This document shows positions 1 to 14,312 of a DNA stretch of 64,000 bases, piece after piece (position 1 is the stretch's first letter; each line of letters starts with the position of its first letter). Location of the stretch: contig CM082596.2 of assembly GCA_040954595.2 (NCBI GenBank), positions 5,468,791 to 5,532,790 on the forward strand, given 5' to 3'. The translations under genes and the position numbers were made by a program. The notes beneath the pieces were generated by a model. It did not search any database. It was not told where the DNA came from and saw only the letters and a program-made list of their open reading frames with translations. The stretch comes from Balanoglossus misakiensis (taxonomy: Eukaryota; Animalia; Hemichordata).

Positions 1-974
1 ACTCCCTACATTCAACAGAGAGAATTTATATCTGAAGTATAACTTTTTCGTGATCATGCATTCAGCAAGCTAAAACATACCATACCTGTGCGTTCTGTCC
101 GACACTTGGGTGCAATATTACTGTGTAACTTTGCTGTTGGTGCATCCGACTACATACACATTAGTTTTCCCAGTTGCAGCGAGCAGATGGGTGTATGTGC
201 GTGTATGTTTGCCCTCGCTATAATGGTTTGGGAAGACCCGAACCAGGGCCTCTGCTGGCGATAAATAGGGGAGCTCGCCAGGGAACTAAAGGAGTCATAG
301 TAATTGTAAACCTGCCATTTCTGGCAGGGACAGTGGGGATAGAATTAAGAAATGAGAAATCGGATCTCCAAGAGGATCATGTCTCTAGCGTCTGTCATTT
401 GTCCACATGTGTTTCTTTTACAATTTTAAATTAATTTTAATAAACATACCGATCCAATAATGCATAATTCTGTTTACATCTCACATCATCATATCATCTC
501 AATACTCACATGAGACATGTGCGTAATCAGTCTCTCATTATTGCCAGATGGAGATCTGAGTATTATTTTTATTACTTTATTTGAGCTAAGTCAAGAAGAC
601 TTCTGTGCACTAGATCAAAGTTGACGTAAAAATGCAAAAGTCTGAAACCAGGGGAAAGTGACACCCGTGCCTCCTGTTTATATTAACAAGAGTATACATG
701 ACTTAGTAACAGTAGTGAATGTTGTCACACGATTAAAAATTCATGTGTATTTATATCCAATCAGATCCCAGACAGAATTACATTTTTCCTGGCTAACTGA
801 TAGCTTGAACCCTGGATGGCCTCTTGATGACATAAGCATGCAGCCAGACATGGTTGTTTTCCATATGCAGCTTCTCAGAGCCCTGGAGTCGAAAACAGCT
901 AGGTCACAGTAGTTAACCTTCTGTATTTCTTTCGCATTCCAGATTTTGGCGTCCTTACTACGTTTGTACCAAAG

Positions 975-2228
975 ATGTCGCGGCTGTATGGTAGCATCGC
1001 ACTGTGGAAAGGGGCTGTTTTCTTGCTGGTGGAAACCGCAATCATTTTTGGCCCTGCACAAGGGCAGCGGTCTTCCAATCGAAGCTCTGAAGAGGTGCCT
1101 TGGATACAACCGGTTTATGATGGGAGCAGCTGCCCGGAGCCTTGTGCATGCTACTACCAGCGATCGCGATGGGCCATGCAAGATCCTCTGGTAGTAAACT
1201 GTAAAAGTCTTGGACTCAAGTCCATCCCATCCGAAATTCCTTCAGAAGCAGAAGTTTTGGACTTGTCCTATAATTATATCGAACATTTGCCAGCATACTC
1301 ATTCGGTTCAAAGTACGGCAATTTAAGACGTTTACAACTTGCATATAATCAGATCCGAGTAATTGAAGACGACGCGTTTCATGGTCTGGATAATTTGCGA
1401 GAGTTGGGGATGACAGGGAATGACATGGCTGAGTTTACTGCAGGAACATTTGACGGACTTCCACAGCTAATAAGATTGTACTGCTTTGATTGTGGCCGGG
1501 TTTCTGAGTTAGTCGATGGTATCTTCTCAAAGATAGGCAATTTGCAAACCTTGCTTTTCGGGAATTCTTCACTCTCCCACATCGGGGACGGCGTTCTCAG
1601 CGACGTGTCCAACTTGACGTACATCGATTTATCGAACAACCATTTGACAAGGCTGCCGGATCTGAGCAAACTGAATCGACTGCGGCACTTGCGGTTTGCC
1701 GGGAACCGGCTGGAGGCTCTGCATTTGACGAGCGTCTCGCCAGGTTTATTAGAGAGATCTTCACCGGGAGATGTCGGGCTAGACGTTAGTAACAACAGGC
1801 TGACCTCGGTGACTGCCGACACCGTGGAGTTTCTCGCTTCTCTGCAGGTGGGCGTGCAGGTGTCCCTGAAATTGTCCGACAACCCCTGGACATGCGACTG
1901 TGGCATGCAGCACGTGGTGTCCACGTGGCCGACCCTCCCCTGGGTGCTGAAGGAACAAATCACCTGCGCGTTGCCTCCGCAGTTAGCCAACACAAGTCTG
2001 TGGGATGTGCCTCGTGACCAGCTATGCGCAAATCCGCAAGAAGGAATTGAGAATGATGATGGCCAATCGGATGATGACGGCGGGAACTTCGACGAGGCGC
2101 TCGGAGATTCTCTGCCCATCATAGTAGGAGCGGCTGTAGGCTGCACTATTGGCACAGTCCTGTCCACTGTAATCGTGGTTGTCGTTGTCTATCGGTGCAG
2201 AAACACAGAAACAGCTTTTTCACAATAA
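975..2228 (+). CDS. Leucine-rich-repeat type I transmembrane protein (signal peptide, LRRNT, ~8 LRRs, LRRCT, acidic stalk, TM, ~12 aa tail), single coding exon, 417 aa
   Basis: ORF has a hydrophobic N-terminus, CPEPCAC...VNC (LRRNT), LxxLxLxxN repeats (EVLDLSYNYI, NLRRLQLAYNQI, NLTYIDLSNNHL), LSDNPWTCDC...CALP...C (LRRCT) and a TM helix IIVGAAVGCTIGTVLSTVIVVVVVY. A pyrimidine tract plus AG at 941-942 suggests a 5'UTR intron. AATAAA lies at ~2401. Confidence 0.92.
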   Translation: MSRLYGSIALWKGAVFLLVETAIIFGPAQGQRSSNRSSEEVPWIQPVYDGSSCPEPCACYYQRSRWAMQDPLVVNCKSLGLKSIPSEIPSEAEVLDLSYNYIEHLPAYSFGSKYGNLRRLQLAYNQIRVIEDDAFHGLDNLRELGMTGNDMAEFTAGTFDGLPQLIRLYCFDCGRVSELVDGIFSKIGNLQTLLFGNSSLSHIGDGVLSDVSNLTYIDLSNNHLTRLPDLSKLNRLRHLRFAGNRLEALHLTSVSPGLLERSSPGDVGLDVSNNRLTSVTADTVEFLASLQVGVQVSLKLSDNPWTCDCGMQHVVSTWPTLPWVLKEQITCALPPQLANTSLWDVPRDQLCANPQEGIENDDGQSDDDGGNFDEALGDSLPIIVGAAVGCTIGTVLSTVIVVVVVYRCRNTETAFSQ

Positions 2229-5031
2229 TCTCTTAATCATGGTTCTTCATGCAAGAAGCAAGCGAAAGTCTTTTGGTATGTGTTCTTTTCTTGACCAAAA
2301 AAAGTTCAGGCACTGGAGAAAATCAATTACTAAGGCTTACTGTTTCTATTTTCTCTACTTAGTGTCAAGCATATGTGTAGTACTTGTTATCATTTCATAA
2401 AATAAATGGCTAGAAATTGTATACTTATGTGTCCTTTTAGGCATAAAAATATGATAAATTTGTGTGGTTTTGAACACCTTACTATAAATAGAATGTGATT
2501 GGACTGAAGTATTCCTGAAAATCCTGCAGTAACATTTGTTGAAACGCGATAACACTGACATCGCAAACTTTCTTGTTGAAAACAATGACTTTATTTAACA
2601 TCTTATCTTTCAAATTTACTCACCAATCTAACAGTTGGTGAAATAGTAATAACAAAGTACAGTAATCCATTTGAAACATGCTGATGAAACATAAAAAATA
2701 TCAAAACTTGATGGAAAAGTTTGGTTTAATAAATAATTGTAATGAAGACACAAGTTCTGATTGGATGACGCTTTATTAGAGACAAATCATGGCCTAATCA
2801 TGTGACTGATCACCTGACATTTTACACAAATGTCAGTATTAAAGGTCACTTTAAAAAACTGAAATAGTGCATATTCCCTATTAGTAAAACATACTGTTTC
2901 ATATCAAACAGAATAAAAAATGTACAATATTATTATGCTTGCATAATACATTTTTTTACATTTGTTTACGGTATATTTTAGACCCAAAATAATTGGGTTC
3001 ATTTTACGATAAAGCTCAATGGATAAGGGTTGTAAAATCTAAAGAGAACCAAGAACAAATATATACACACACTTGCTGATGTACAAAATATTGAGGAATT
3101 GCTATTGTATTTGGGTAGAAAGTTTAACAAAAATGGGGTAAAATAATTCCAGTAACATGCATTATTCTTGTAATATGTGGTATAATTACTTAGTAGGGAT
3201 TGCTGTTTTTCAATAAACAGCTCTAACATCTATGAAAATTTACTTCTAATTTAAACCTTTGCACCCAACCCCCTGGTGATCTATGAGTATGATGTCATTT
3301 GGGTCCTTTTTTAACTAGCTGGGTTCAAAAGGTTAAAGGATCAGTATTGGCTGAAGCGAAGTTTGGGGCACCCGTAGTATGACATTTCAGAAGGTGTAGT
3401 CTGATTGGTTATAATATTTGTGTATTCAACAAAGAAAGAGAAACTGACCAATCATTGACAAGCTTATGGTCTGCTGCTGGTCCTCCCAAAAGTGTTTTGT
3501 GCCACTACTGCCACCATGTAACCGATATGTGAGGTTTTCATTTAAAAAAAACTGCCCGGTACTCTGCTCCAAGCAGGAATGGCAGCTTTCTGTTTTTTTA
3601 ATTAATCCTAGCGCGTAACACAAGGCTAAGTTTCATTAATTCATTTTTCAGATTCAACTCCCAAAATATGCCTGAAATAAACCTCTAATATGGACAGGTT
3701 TTATACAATATAAACACACTATGACTGTTCTGATAATGTACCTAAGTGTTGGTAATATTTTACATACAAATCATAATTATGACAATGGTTAATATTATTA
3801 ATCACACAAACATTGTTAATGGACCTAGCACAGTGTGGATTCTAGTACAGAAATTGGAAATGTGTCATCAAAGGGTTGGTTATCTCACTTACCTGCATTC
3901 ATAATGCGTGTAAAATCATGTCTTGGTTGAATTTAGCAATAATTGCTGTGGTGCAGGGCTGTGCATTAAAACATGCTAAACTTTTGACTATGAAAGCAGA
4001 CAGCCAACTTGGCTGATTTTTAGAACTCTAAATCTCATCGAAAACTGGAATATAAAAAATATTGATGAACAACTATGAACAGATTACCTTGTAGTTCTTG
4101 ACCATACTCGCATAGATTGCACTTGTATTTGTATGTCTGGGTGGAAATGCAACTAAGCTCTCTATGGTTACAACTGCTCATGTCTGCCCTCTACAGATGA
4201 CAGATACGTATCTTTCTTTTTTGACGTTTAGTTTATAACCGCGTACACTACGAAGTCATCTATGCCAATTATGATAAAGCTCAAACTAAGAAATAAATCG
4301 GACAGGTGACAAGTTTCAAGCATGACAACAAAAAAGTTTCTCCAAACATGATTTTTAAGACGTATATACAAATAATACTGATAGTTGGCCAAGAGGATGG
4401 CATGTCAAAGAAGAATAAAAAAGAGAAAGAGAGAATATTTACATCATATAAAAATGTAGCACACAGGCTTGATAAGACACAGAAATAAACATCTGCGAAA
4501 TATACCCAGTGGAATATTTCTTCAACAAAAACTTAGTTCTTGAAAAAGCAGTGTGTGTGTCCCATGCTTGAGTTGCATCTGAGTGCCCCTGATTGCTAGG
4601 TACAGAATCCCTGTAGCATTATTCCAGCCAATCAGCATCAAAGTCCTTTTGGAGCAATTATCTGCCAGTCATATTGTGTTGAAGTCTTCGTGAGGTAACA
4701 AACTTCATGTCCCCGAACGTTCAGATATTGGCGTAAGTTCTGTCCAATTTCTCTCAGTGTGCCTTCCTGTTATTTTCTGATCCAGAAAATATCACTATCG
4801 AACCATATTGACCAATCACGCTGCATCATCAAACCGACAGCTTTTCTGTGTCCACCATTCTTGAATGTTGCATAGTCATGCAATCGCTCACCTGAGTCAT
4901 TAACTTACACCAGTAACAAATGACAAACTCCGGCCAATCAAGTTACGCTGATGTCACGTGACCTGCCTATACTTTTCTCAGGCCGTCCAATCACATTCCT
5001 TCTTGCACAGTCCTGCTGTTGGCATATCACA

Positions 5032-8000
5032 TCATAGAGACCCTTGAGATGAGTAACTTTCCCTAGAAAAAAAAAGACAAAGGAATCATTTCACTTTTCA
5101 CCACAGCCATATTAAACAACTTACGGTACACATCAAACAGGATTGTCAACCAGAAACCCACTGGTCTCCTATGAGGGAAGGGGTTATTCCAAAATATCAT
5201 GAGGGGTGGCAAGCTTGGAGAGTGGCAGATGAGGAGGTTCAGAAGAGAAAGAATGCCCAAAGTATGAAAGTGACTCCCACACATGTTAGTCAAAGGCCCG
5301 TGAGCTGCAGCAACATGAAATAAAACGGTCTCAACATATCTCATTGTCTAAGATATTCTCTGAATGGTATCCAGAGAAAGTCAAAAGAACTACTTTTAAT
5401 GTCACTGTAATTTATTTTCTCTGAAATTAAAAGTTCTGATTTTCACCTTTCCTTGGAAAATGCAAATTTCATCATGATTTTAATATGGGAGTTAAGATTT
5501 CACCTTGTGATTTGATTTGATTTGATTTGACACTACAACATGAAACCAAAGTGAGTACAGATAGCCTTTAAGATTTGACGCACGGCAAAATCAACAAAAC
5601 AAACCAGTAAATTTTGAGGAAACGTATAATGATGTAACTTGTATATCAGCTGCAAACTTCACACTGGCCTTAAAAAGACAGCAACATGTCAAACAGATTA
5701 GTGTGCAGGGCATCACTGACAAAACGTAAAGAGACACAACATGTTTTCACTGCAGGCACGTTCAGTACCTCTGTGTTAGTTGCAATGTTTGACAACCTTA
5801 GCTTCCCAGGTCTTGCCTCGTTCGGTTCAAATACCTTCACCCGAAAAGATTGACAGAAGAAAAAATAGAAATTTTACTTTGTTTTTTCACGAATCACCTT
5901 TATGACAAGCATTTATTGAAAATATTATACATGAGCGCAACAACGAGCTGGATGTCTTGGTGATGACATTGTGCCAAGTTACTGAACAGCTTAGATAAAT
6001 AAATACATAAAATGCTAGTATGCCATAAATCCGGCCAATAAAGGCACACAGCCAGGAGAACTGAGCAGCAGATCTTACCTTTTACTTTTTAAACTGTGTG
6101 GATCTGCCGTGATAAGCTTCTTCCCCGGTGCCGACTTTGTTCGCTTCCGATGTGAGTTACTATTGCTGCTATAACTATTATTAAGACTACTACTGCTTTG
6201 CATTGTTTTGTGGCTTGTTAGACTCTCGTCCGTGCTCCGTCGGACCACGCCGGTTTTGGGCCGCTGACTGATCTGCGAGAACTGCGTCGAACGTTGAAAG
6301 GGGGGCAAAAATGAGAGTTGGTAGTTAGTCATGGTGGTTTCAAGTACGTTTATCGGCGAGGGTGCTCTTTGAACGTTTCAGCACAATGATTTCAACCCTC
6401 TCGTTTTCAGATTTTGAACCAACCCTATTGTTTTCAGGATACAGTTGAACCTAAACATAAATTATATCCACAAGTACTGGTATGTGTATAATGATGTCAA
6501 AGACTGACGCACCTTTTTGTTAATCACGCAGATTATGTCTTGCATAGGAAGAAAAACGCCATGGTTTCGATGACACCAGAAATAACGCTTGCCATTGAAG
6601 AATCCGTCATGGCGACCAACTACAAAATGAAAAGTATAAAGAGGGTTATACAAATATAATTTAACATAATTAAAATATGTCTGGTCTAATAACCCGATAA
6701 ACACCAGCCCTCATATCTTCCTCAAATTGCACGAAATAGAACTGCTGGTGAACTTGCCAAGACAAGTACATCATCCCTTGTCAAGTTTCTCAAATGTTAT
6801 CATCCCTCTTACATTTATGGAATATTCTTGTGGTCCACCAGCCACTGATGGAATGCGATTGTTCCACTGGGGAAAACGGGGGTGTCAGATGAACTCACCT
6901 GCAGCGTCAAGCTGTAACCCTACGTATATGACATGCGTAGAGCCTACATTGTCTAAATGTCCGATATATCTAACATATCCTGTCCTCTCTCCCCGTACTA
7001 CGACGTGGTCATCCAACGCTATTGGTTGCCTGTAAACAGCACAAATAATTGATTAATTAATAATTAATTGATTATAATCACACAGTGCAAAGTCAGACTG
7101 GGAGAGCCAATTCCCTCATGGCACTGACAGAAAACAGTAGCGAACAAATGTAGCAAAGGACCTCCCAGTTTTAAAGGCACACATTCTTTGTAAATACAAA
7201 TACATCAACTTGATAAAACAAAAGTTTTCCACCACGTAAACATTTGATGAAAAACGAAAAACCTATGCCTCTCACACCAGTGGTTCAAGGTTCCTCACAC
7301 ATACTAGTCTAGTATTTAGCTTGCCATGGGAGATCTAGGCAGAAAATTAGTTTGCCTGGTAGAGAATTACCATGGAAGCATTATATACATACGCATGCAA
7401 CAGCACTGAGCAAAATAAACACACCAGTTCAAGTAAGATGTGTAATTTACAAACTACAATGGAACTGGGTGGCCCAATTATAGAAATCAACATGACAAAG
7501 GTGAAGATCGGCAAACTGTCTGGCTTTTGTCTGGGGATATCCAAATACTGTTCGACGGAAGAGGGGGTGAATGACCCTTGTTTCATCTTCCCTCTAGTAG
7601 TTTTGAAGCATCTTGTCCGATGCATCAACACAAAAATTTCATTTCTAAAGTACATGTACAGTGTTTCATCCAGATGGGGGGATTCAACCCCTGTTGACGT
7701 GGTGGCACCCTCTAACAATTTGTCAGGGGGGGGGGGACCAGTGCACCTTAAAATGATGTCATTCACATATTGGAGATACATGCATGTACTACAGTCCCCC
7801 TTGCCAGATTGGAATCCCCCCACAAATACATTGTATTCTATTTGCCAATCTGTCTGTGGCTCTCCCTCCCCTATCTCTTCCTCCTCCCACCCTCACTCTC
7901 CCACCCTCCTCACCTTCTATGATTCATAACAGCATTCCTCTCCATCAGCACCTGCAGAGGCACTCGTTTCAAACCGTTGTTATTCTCCAGTGAATAACAG

Positions 8001-11000
8001 GTGGAGCACTTGCATCCCAGCAAGGGACCAGCCACAGACAGCGCCGTGCTGCTCGAACACACACTCTGCGGCCGTGGCATGACCGGCGGCTTCTTCTTCA
8101 TGTTCACACTGAATAGAGTGGAGAGAAAAAAATTGTCAATGACACCTCAGTGGTGGCAATATATTCCCGTCACAACATTTTGGCCCACAAAACCCGTGCT
8201 GAACAAAGCTCAATCTCTTTTCAGGCCACTTTGTCAGTGATCACATCTCCTGTTAGTTGAGCCCTACAACTTACACAGCTATCCTCAGACATTTCAGATA
8301 GTCACAGTCATTACTCTATCAGACAAACAGAATGCAACAGACCAAGAACAACAGGTGTACTGTATGACATGATAGGCAGATTCCAATTAAATCAAAATTT
8401 AGAAAAAAAAACACTGATTAGGCAGAAATTATAACATTGACTGACAAACACTTGAAAACATTTATACATACCTATTAATATAAGGTAAATTGACTGATTC
8501 ACTCTCTGAGTTTTCATGGTTGCCATGGATACCATGGTGTCCCTGCTCATCATGGCCTTTGTGACTGTCAGTCTCATTTTCAATTTTTAACTCACAAATT
8601 CTTGTTCTCTGCAGAAATAGAAAAATAATTTATATTTTTTAAATCTGTTATTTGGTAATGATATCTACAATACTACAAGTTAGGAGATACTTCAACCCCT
8701 CGGATTTGTGTTCCTCATCGTGCTGAACACTGCCCTCTATCAACAAAGACTGCAATGTTTGTTTTTCTAATCAAGTTATCTCAGGTTTCAAGATATCTTT
8801 TCCTGTCCAAACAACAAAGGTAAACTCTTTTTCTTGGCACAGATAAGATATGAATACTGTATATACAGCATAAGCTGAATTGCTTATCACATTTTTAACT
8901 CCAGTTTCAATTCTCATTTGAGGTTATGAGTACTTACATCTTCTAATAACTCTTCCATAACGTGTACTTTGTTTTTCAACCTCTCTATTTCCGGCCTGGC
9001 CAACTTCAACTCTTCTTCAAACTGCACCTTGGCATTATTGGCTGTCAAGAAACGTTTCAAATGAAATCATTAATTTAAATGTTGATAAAGCAGGATTCAT
9101 GTTGATGTGTAAGGAAAAGGAAGTGCTCCCCTCCAATACTGTGTTTTCCTTTAAAACCTTGCTTATATTCCCATTTCCAAACTACATCCAGAGAACCTGT
9201 TCAATACATGAAGGCTTAGAATCATGTTCAACCCACAGGAGGATAAATGGACTGACCCAATGCAGGCAGTGAAAGGACTGTTTGAAAAGATGCTCTTTTC
9301 ACAGGCTGGGATAACTTAGAGAGAGAGGAGGGGTGGGGGGAGGCCAAAGTTCTGAGAGGTGCATTGGGTGCATTTACCTTCTTGCCATTTCTTCTCCAAC
9401 TGTTCCACATCAACCAGGGAACACTGCAATTCTTTGTCCGCCTTGGAAACTGGCCGTATCCTCTTGACTGTGTTTACCGAGTCGTCGTCGGCAACCTCAA
9501 CTGGCATTGAATGGTTTGTGTGTGCCACCTATTTTGTCCCAGGAAAGTAAAAAAAAAAACAACGGCAGAAATCATAAATCACCCTGGACACTCTTCTCAA
9601 AGGCTCAGTCTTTTCCGTGCATCAGTCAATGCATTCACTTGTGCTTATTCCTGGATGCAATCCAAGAACATGTGTTGCATTCTTTGCATGATAATTTCAT
9701 GCCTGCCGTGGCACAAAAGAAATCCTGTATAAGGTTGATTTTTGTCCTGACAAATGTTAGGTTTATTGGAGATGAGAATGTTCAAACGTCATCACTCCAA
9801 TTGTATTTATCACTTTTTAAGGTGACACTTGAGCTTTGGATTTTGGAATAATCCATCCTTCACTGAGACAGAAGTGTGTTCATCTTTGTACAAGGATGAA
9901 ACACTTGGTGAATGTGTACCAGCAAGAGGGCGGGTTCTGGGAGAAAAAAAATTAAACAAGGATCTCTGGAAAGAGTAGTTTGTATTTCACAATTATATCC
10001 GGAAAACACAAAAGACACACGGTTCACTGACAAGCACTGATCTAGAACAGCAGCAGAAAAGACGGCCAAACAAAAGTGGCGTACACACCCCATTGACTGT
10101 AGGCCGAGGTGTTGTCTTTGGTAAATGATCACTGTGTAGGCTTTCATTGGAGCTGCAAGCCCTGGCAAATGTCTTGTGCGAGCCCCTCAGCTTCCTCACG
10201 GGAGACGTCTGGGGGGATTCTTGAGGGGTGCTGTTGGACCTTGGCAACTTAGGCGACGACAGGGCCGATGAACACTGACTGCATCTTGAACACGGCCTGT
10301 TATAATCCTGAATGAGTGACAATCAAGTAAAAAATATACCATAATTATGCATACATGACAGTGATGTACATGTACTCAGTGCTGTTTGATGATTGTCAAT
10401 TTTCCAAGTTTTCCCTATACACTCAGCAATTTCCCACGAAACTGTATTTTGGATTTTTGCCTCTTTGATAATCCTGTGTCTACACCTACAATACTTCAAC
10501 AGTATACATATTTCGTTTTTTGTCCAAATGACTTATCAAAGATCTTGTAAATAACAGTGTTACCTTTCGTACCTGTCAAAAATATTTGTGTAGATTTATA
10601 GTACCTAGGCAATTAGAGCTAAACTCTGTGATTCACGCAAAAATCAGCAGATGTCTGATCCATAATGTACATAACACACAAAAAACTGCCTGATATCACC
10701 TACCTTATTTTGATTCGTTTGGGCTGGTCCTTGATATGAATTTATGGAGGGTGGGGTTGGACTGGTGGAGGTACTGGTTCTGCTGCTTCCTAAGCTAGCT
10801 TGGCGGGGGAAATTCCTGAGACGTTGAAGTTCTTGTTTTTGATCAATAATTATACTTTCCAGTCTGAAAGTTGAAGAAGGGAGCAAAAATAAGTTAACTT
10901 TCCCTTTCATAATCATAGTCTGGGCGAGTGTATTATACTAATCATTTTTCATAGATATAAAGTAGTTTTCATCTATTAAGCACTCAGTGTATGAACACTG

Positions 11001-14000
11001 TGCCCGAGCTGTATAGAAAGGGGGATGGTCTGAGAGACCATAACAAATCTAATTCAACTTTATATACATTTTACAGAACTTGTTGGGAACAAATTCAACC
11101 TTTCCTGGACTTTTAAACAGGACTTTGCAAGAGTCCGTCAGGACCTTGACGAGAACAGCAACTGAAATCAGAACTGATGTTTCACACATGTCTGTTTCGG
11201 AATGCCTTCTCAAACTGGCACTGACTCCCTCCATTACATAACACTCCACAAACTTATTCTCTCGTCCCTCTTTTCAGCTTTTATTCCTCTCTGTTTTTCC
11301 CGTCTCTTTCAAACTCTTCTTTTCCCCTCTGAGTGTTATCATTAAACGCACAAAGGGACGCGCCTTTCCTTAAATTAAAACCAACAAAGAGCTCACACAC
11401 ACACACAGTCGGTACGCCAGAGTTTTTTTTCTCTCTCTCTCTTGCCCCACTCGGCTGCACAAACACTCGCCTGTTCACATTTCAGTCACAGAACACGGAC
11501 AGCAATGTAAATAGTACCTTCAATGGTGCGTAGAGATCTCTTTGTCACTCGGGTGATCACATTCCCCCCAAACCTGATCACTAACAGATATCACGTATCT
11601 CCAGGGACTATTTTGCCTGGTCATTATCAGACCCTTTTTCCCAACCAATAGCAACTTATTTCACAGTGTCACCCCGGCAACTGATTTCAAGGACTTGCAG
11701 CCATGTTTTCTATACACCTGATACCATATTCACATGTCTATCACAGACATTGAGATTAACTAGAGTGGGCAAAACAAGAATATTTTTCTCTGTGAACTGC
11801 TGTAGGTTTTTTGTCTATTGACAAGTGACTTCAGATAAATTTCTGTGTACAATTTCTTGCGTAAAACTATTTGAATTACGATATGACCATTTTAGTTCTA
11901 ATACAATACATGTACGTCTAAAAGTTTTTGCTGTAGTAGTATTCATAAAGACACCTAAGATGTTCTGCAAAGACATCTCTGAGTATTAAAACTAGAAATC
12001 CACGAGAACATCTTGGTCCAAAAGCAGAAGCAGACATGTCAGACTCTATTCCAAACTGTAACATGACCACCACCACTCCAAGCAATTTCAACATTAACAA
12101 TCTAACAGAGACAGTGAAAGAGTTTTCTGTGTTTGTCCAAAAACCGTACCAGAACAAGCCGGTGCTACCAACAATCCATGACCGTCTCTTTTATCCCCCC
12201 TTTCAAAGTGCACCGCCCCGCCGCAAGTGTCAACTGGCATGACCAATTTCACTTCAAAAACGGCCGGGCAACGAGTCAAGCTCTGGCGCAAAAGAGAACG
12301 GCGAACCATGGCCGGTCGATCAATACGGGTTAAATAGGAGTGGATTTGACTAAGTGGGGATGGTTGTGAAAGTTGTACAGGCATGCAGAGTGCTTGAGAA
12401 AAGAGGGGGGCTTCAAAAAAGACATTCACAGGTTGCATGTGCATGTACTAGAGCAGTGGCTGATTGTTTGGACCGCTGCCAGTTTTGTTTCTGAGCAAGA
12501 CACGTGTGACGAATCCCCAGTGCTTCTCACCTAACCCTTTCACCCTCGGTTTCCTCTATAGAGGTCCAACTTTACCATAGAAAACAATGGGGTTGGACCA
12601 AACCATGGTGGTGAAAGGGTTAAACTGAATTTTACAATCATTTACAGAAGATTTCAATTAATTCCAGATTTCTACTCTTGTTGATACCACCACCAAATTG
12701 AAAATGATCCTTAACTTTTCTTCAGAGTTCGGAAAGACGAATTGGAATGCAAGGAGCCTCACAGAGAATGCCATAAAAAAAAACAGGCACCAAGCTTGTA
12801 AAGCGGTCTTAACTCTAAAAAAAGACTCGATTGATGGATGCCCTTGCTTATCCCACCATTGAACTGAATGGCGTCGTTTATCTTGTTTATTGACTTTCAA
12901 ATTTTTCTCGAAGTCTGTCACCTCTGGTCTCTTGAGAGCGCGCGACAACACAGGCGTACATGTACGTACCGGTGACTGGCATTGCCACCCATTCTGCAAC
13001 AGTCATCAAGAGTTCACGAATCCAATCCTTCGTACAGTTGATACAGTCCACTAATGACCAGTAATTATACAATTATCTATTATTAGCCTTGCTTAAAAGC
13101 CCTCGGAGGCTATGAAAAAGGACCAACATTCATGTATGTATTCTAAGTATCTGTAATTAAAACCTTTAATAGTAAAGGCAATACAGATTTCAGCTCTCTT
13201 TAGTGCTTCACATGTTCCACCAGCTAGGCTTACTCAGTTACTGCCAACATTACTTAAGTTCAACCAAAATTACACAGATACGACCCTAACCAGGGGGCAA
13301 GCACCTAGCTGCTACAGAATACCGGGTATAATCTGTCAGGGGGAGGTACACTTTACCCAATTGTCAAACAGGTTTCATTATTAGGATTATTAAATAATAC
13401 CTAAGTTCTGTCAAACGATACCACTGTCAAAATTAAGTTTACTGTATATTAAGAGGGAGGTGATGTACTGACAATTTTTGTCAATGCAATGTATCAGATC
13501 ATATTTTCCCTTGAGGCTGTCAGAAGTTGCTTTCCACCAAATCACCGTTTGATACGACGTCCATACCGCAGAGTAAACCGCAAGTGTACGCTGCAACCCA
13601 GTGTATTATACACTGTAACAATCAATAAATATTAGAAACATCCACTCGAGTATGAGTAGAGTGACTGGCTGATTGTCTGAGCCGCGGGAGGAGGGCACAT
13701 CGATGACCTTTCACCAGCAGGTAGTCCATACTTGGAACAGAACGGTTGAATGCCGCAAAGAAATCTTTGCAAAGACCGACATCACAATTAGCAAACAGCG
13801 GTTCAAATTGGAGTTTCAAGGATCACGTACAAAGAGTATTTCTGTTTCATTCAGTGAAATGACAATTCATAAATTACAATTGCAGTGTTGACAGGGAGTG
13901 TGAACAGCCAGCTAATGACGTACAATGTCTGTTTACGTGTTCGTGTTGCATGACAAATGACATACCTGTAGATCATTATGAACACACAACTCATAAGTCA

Positions 14001-14239
14001 CCACCAATTGATATTTCTGTGGTTATTTTGGCCATGAGAACTCGCCCTTCTCCTTAGCCAAGTCGACATCAATCTAAATAACCATGTAATGATATAGTGA
14101 CTTGTGGGTAACTTTGTGGAAGATTTATTCAAATAAACAGGTCATTTCACAAATTTTATTCATTGGTATTCTTACTGTTTGGTAGTTTTCTATTCTTTGA
14201 ATGAAGTTACAGACTCTTATGTTTGTACAGTCAATGATC

Positions 14240-14312
<73 letters not shown>

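Noticed and set aside
1379-2167. 262 aa antisense ORF
   Set aside because: Shadow of the LRR coding strand with no domain content.
3887-3895. ACTTACCTG as a U1 snRNA 5' end (also CTTACCTGGC at ~34961)
   Set aside because: The downstream sequence does not continue as U1; it is simply the complement of a splice-donor consensus.
7347-7929. 158 aa and 185 aa ORFs as independent genes
   Set aside because: Intronic with no recognisable motifs. Only a weak 63 nt cassette (7611-7549) is frame-compatible with the host gene.
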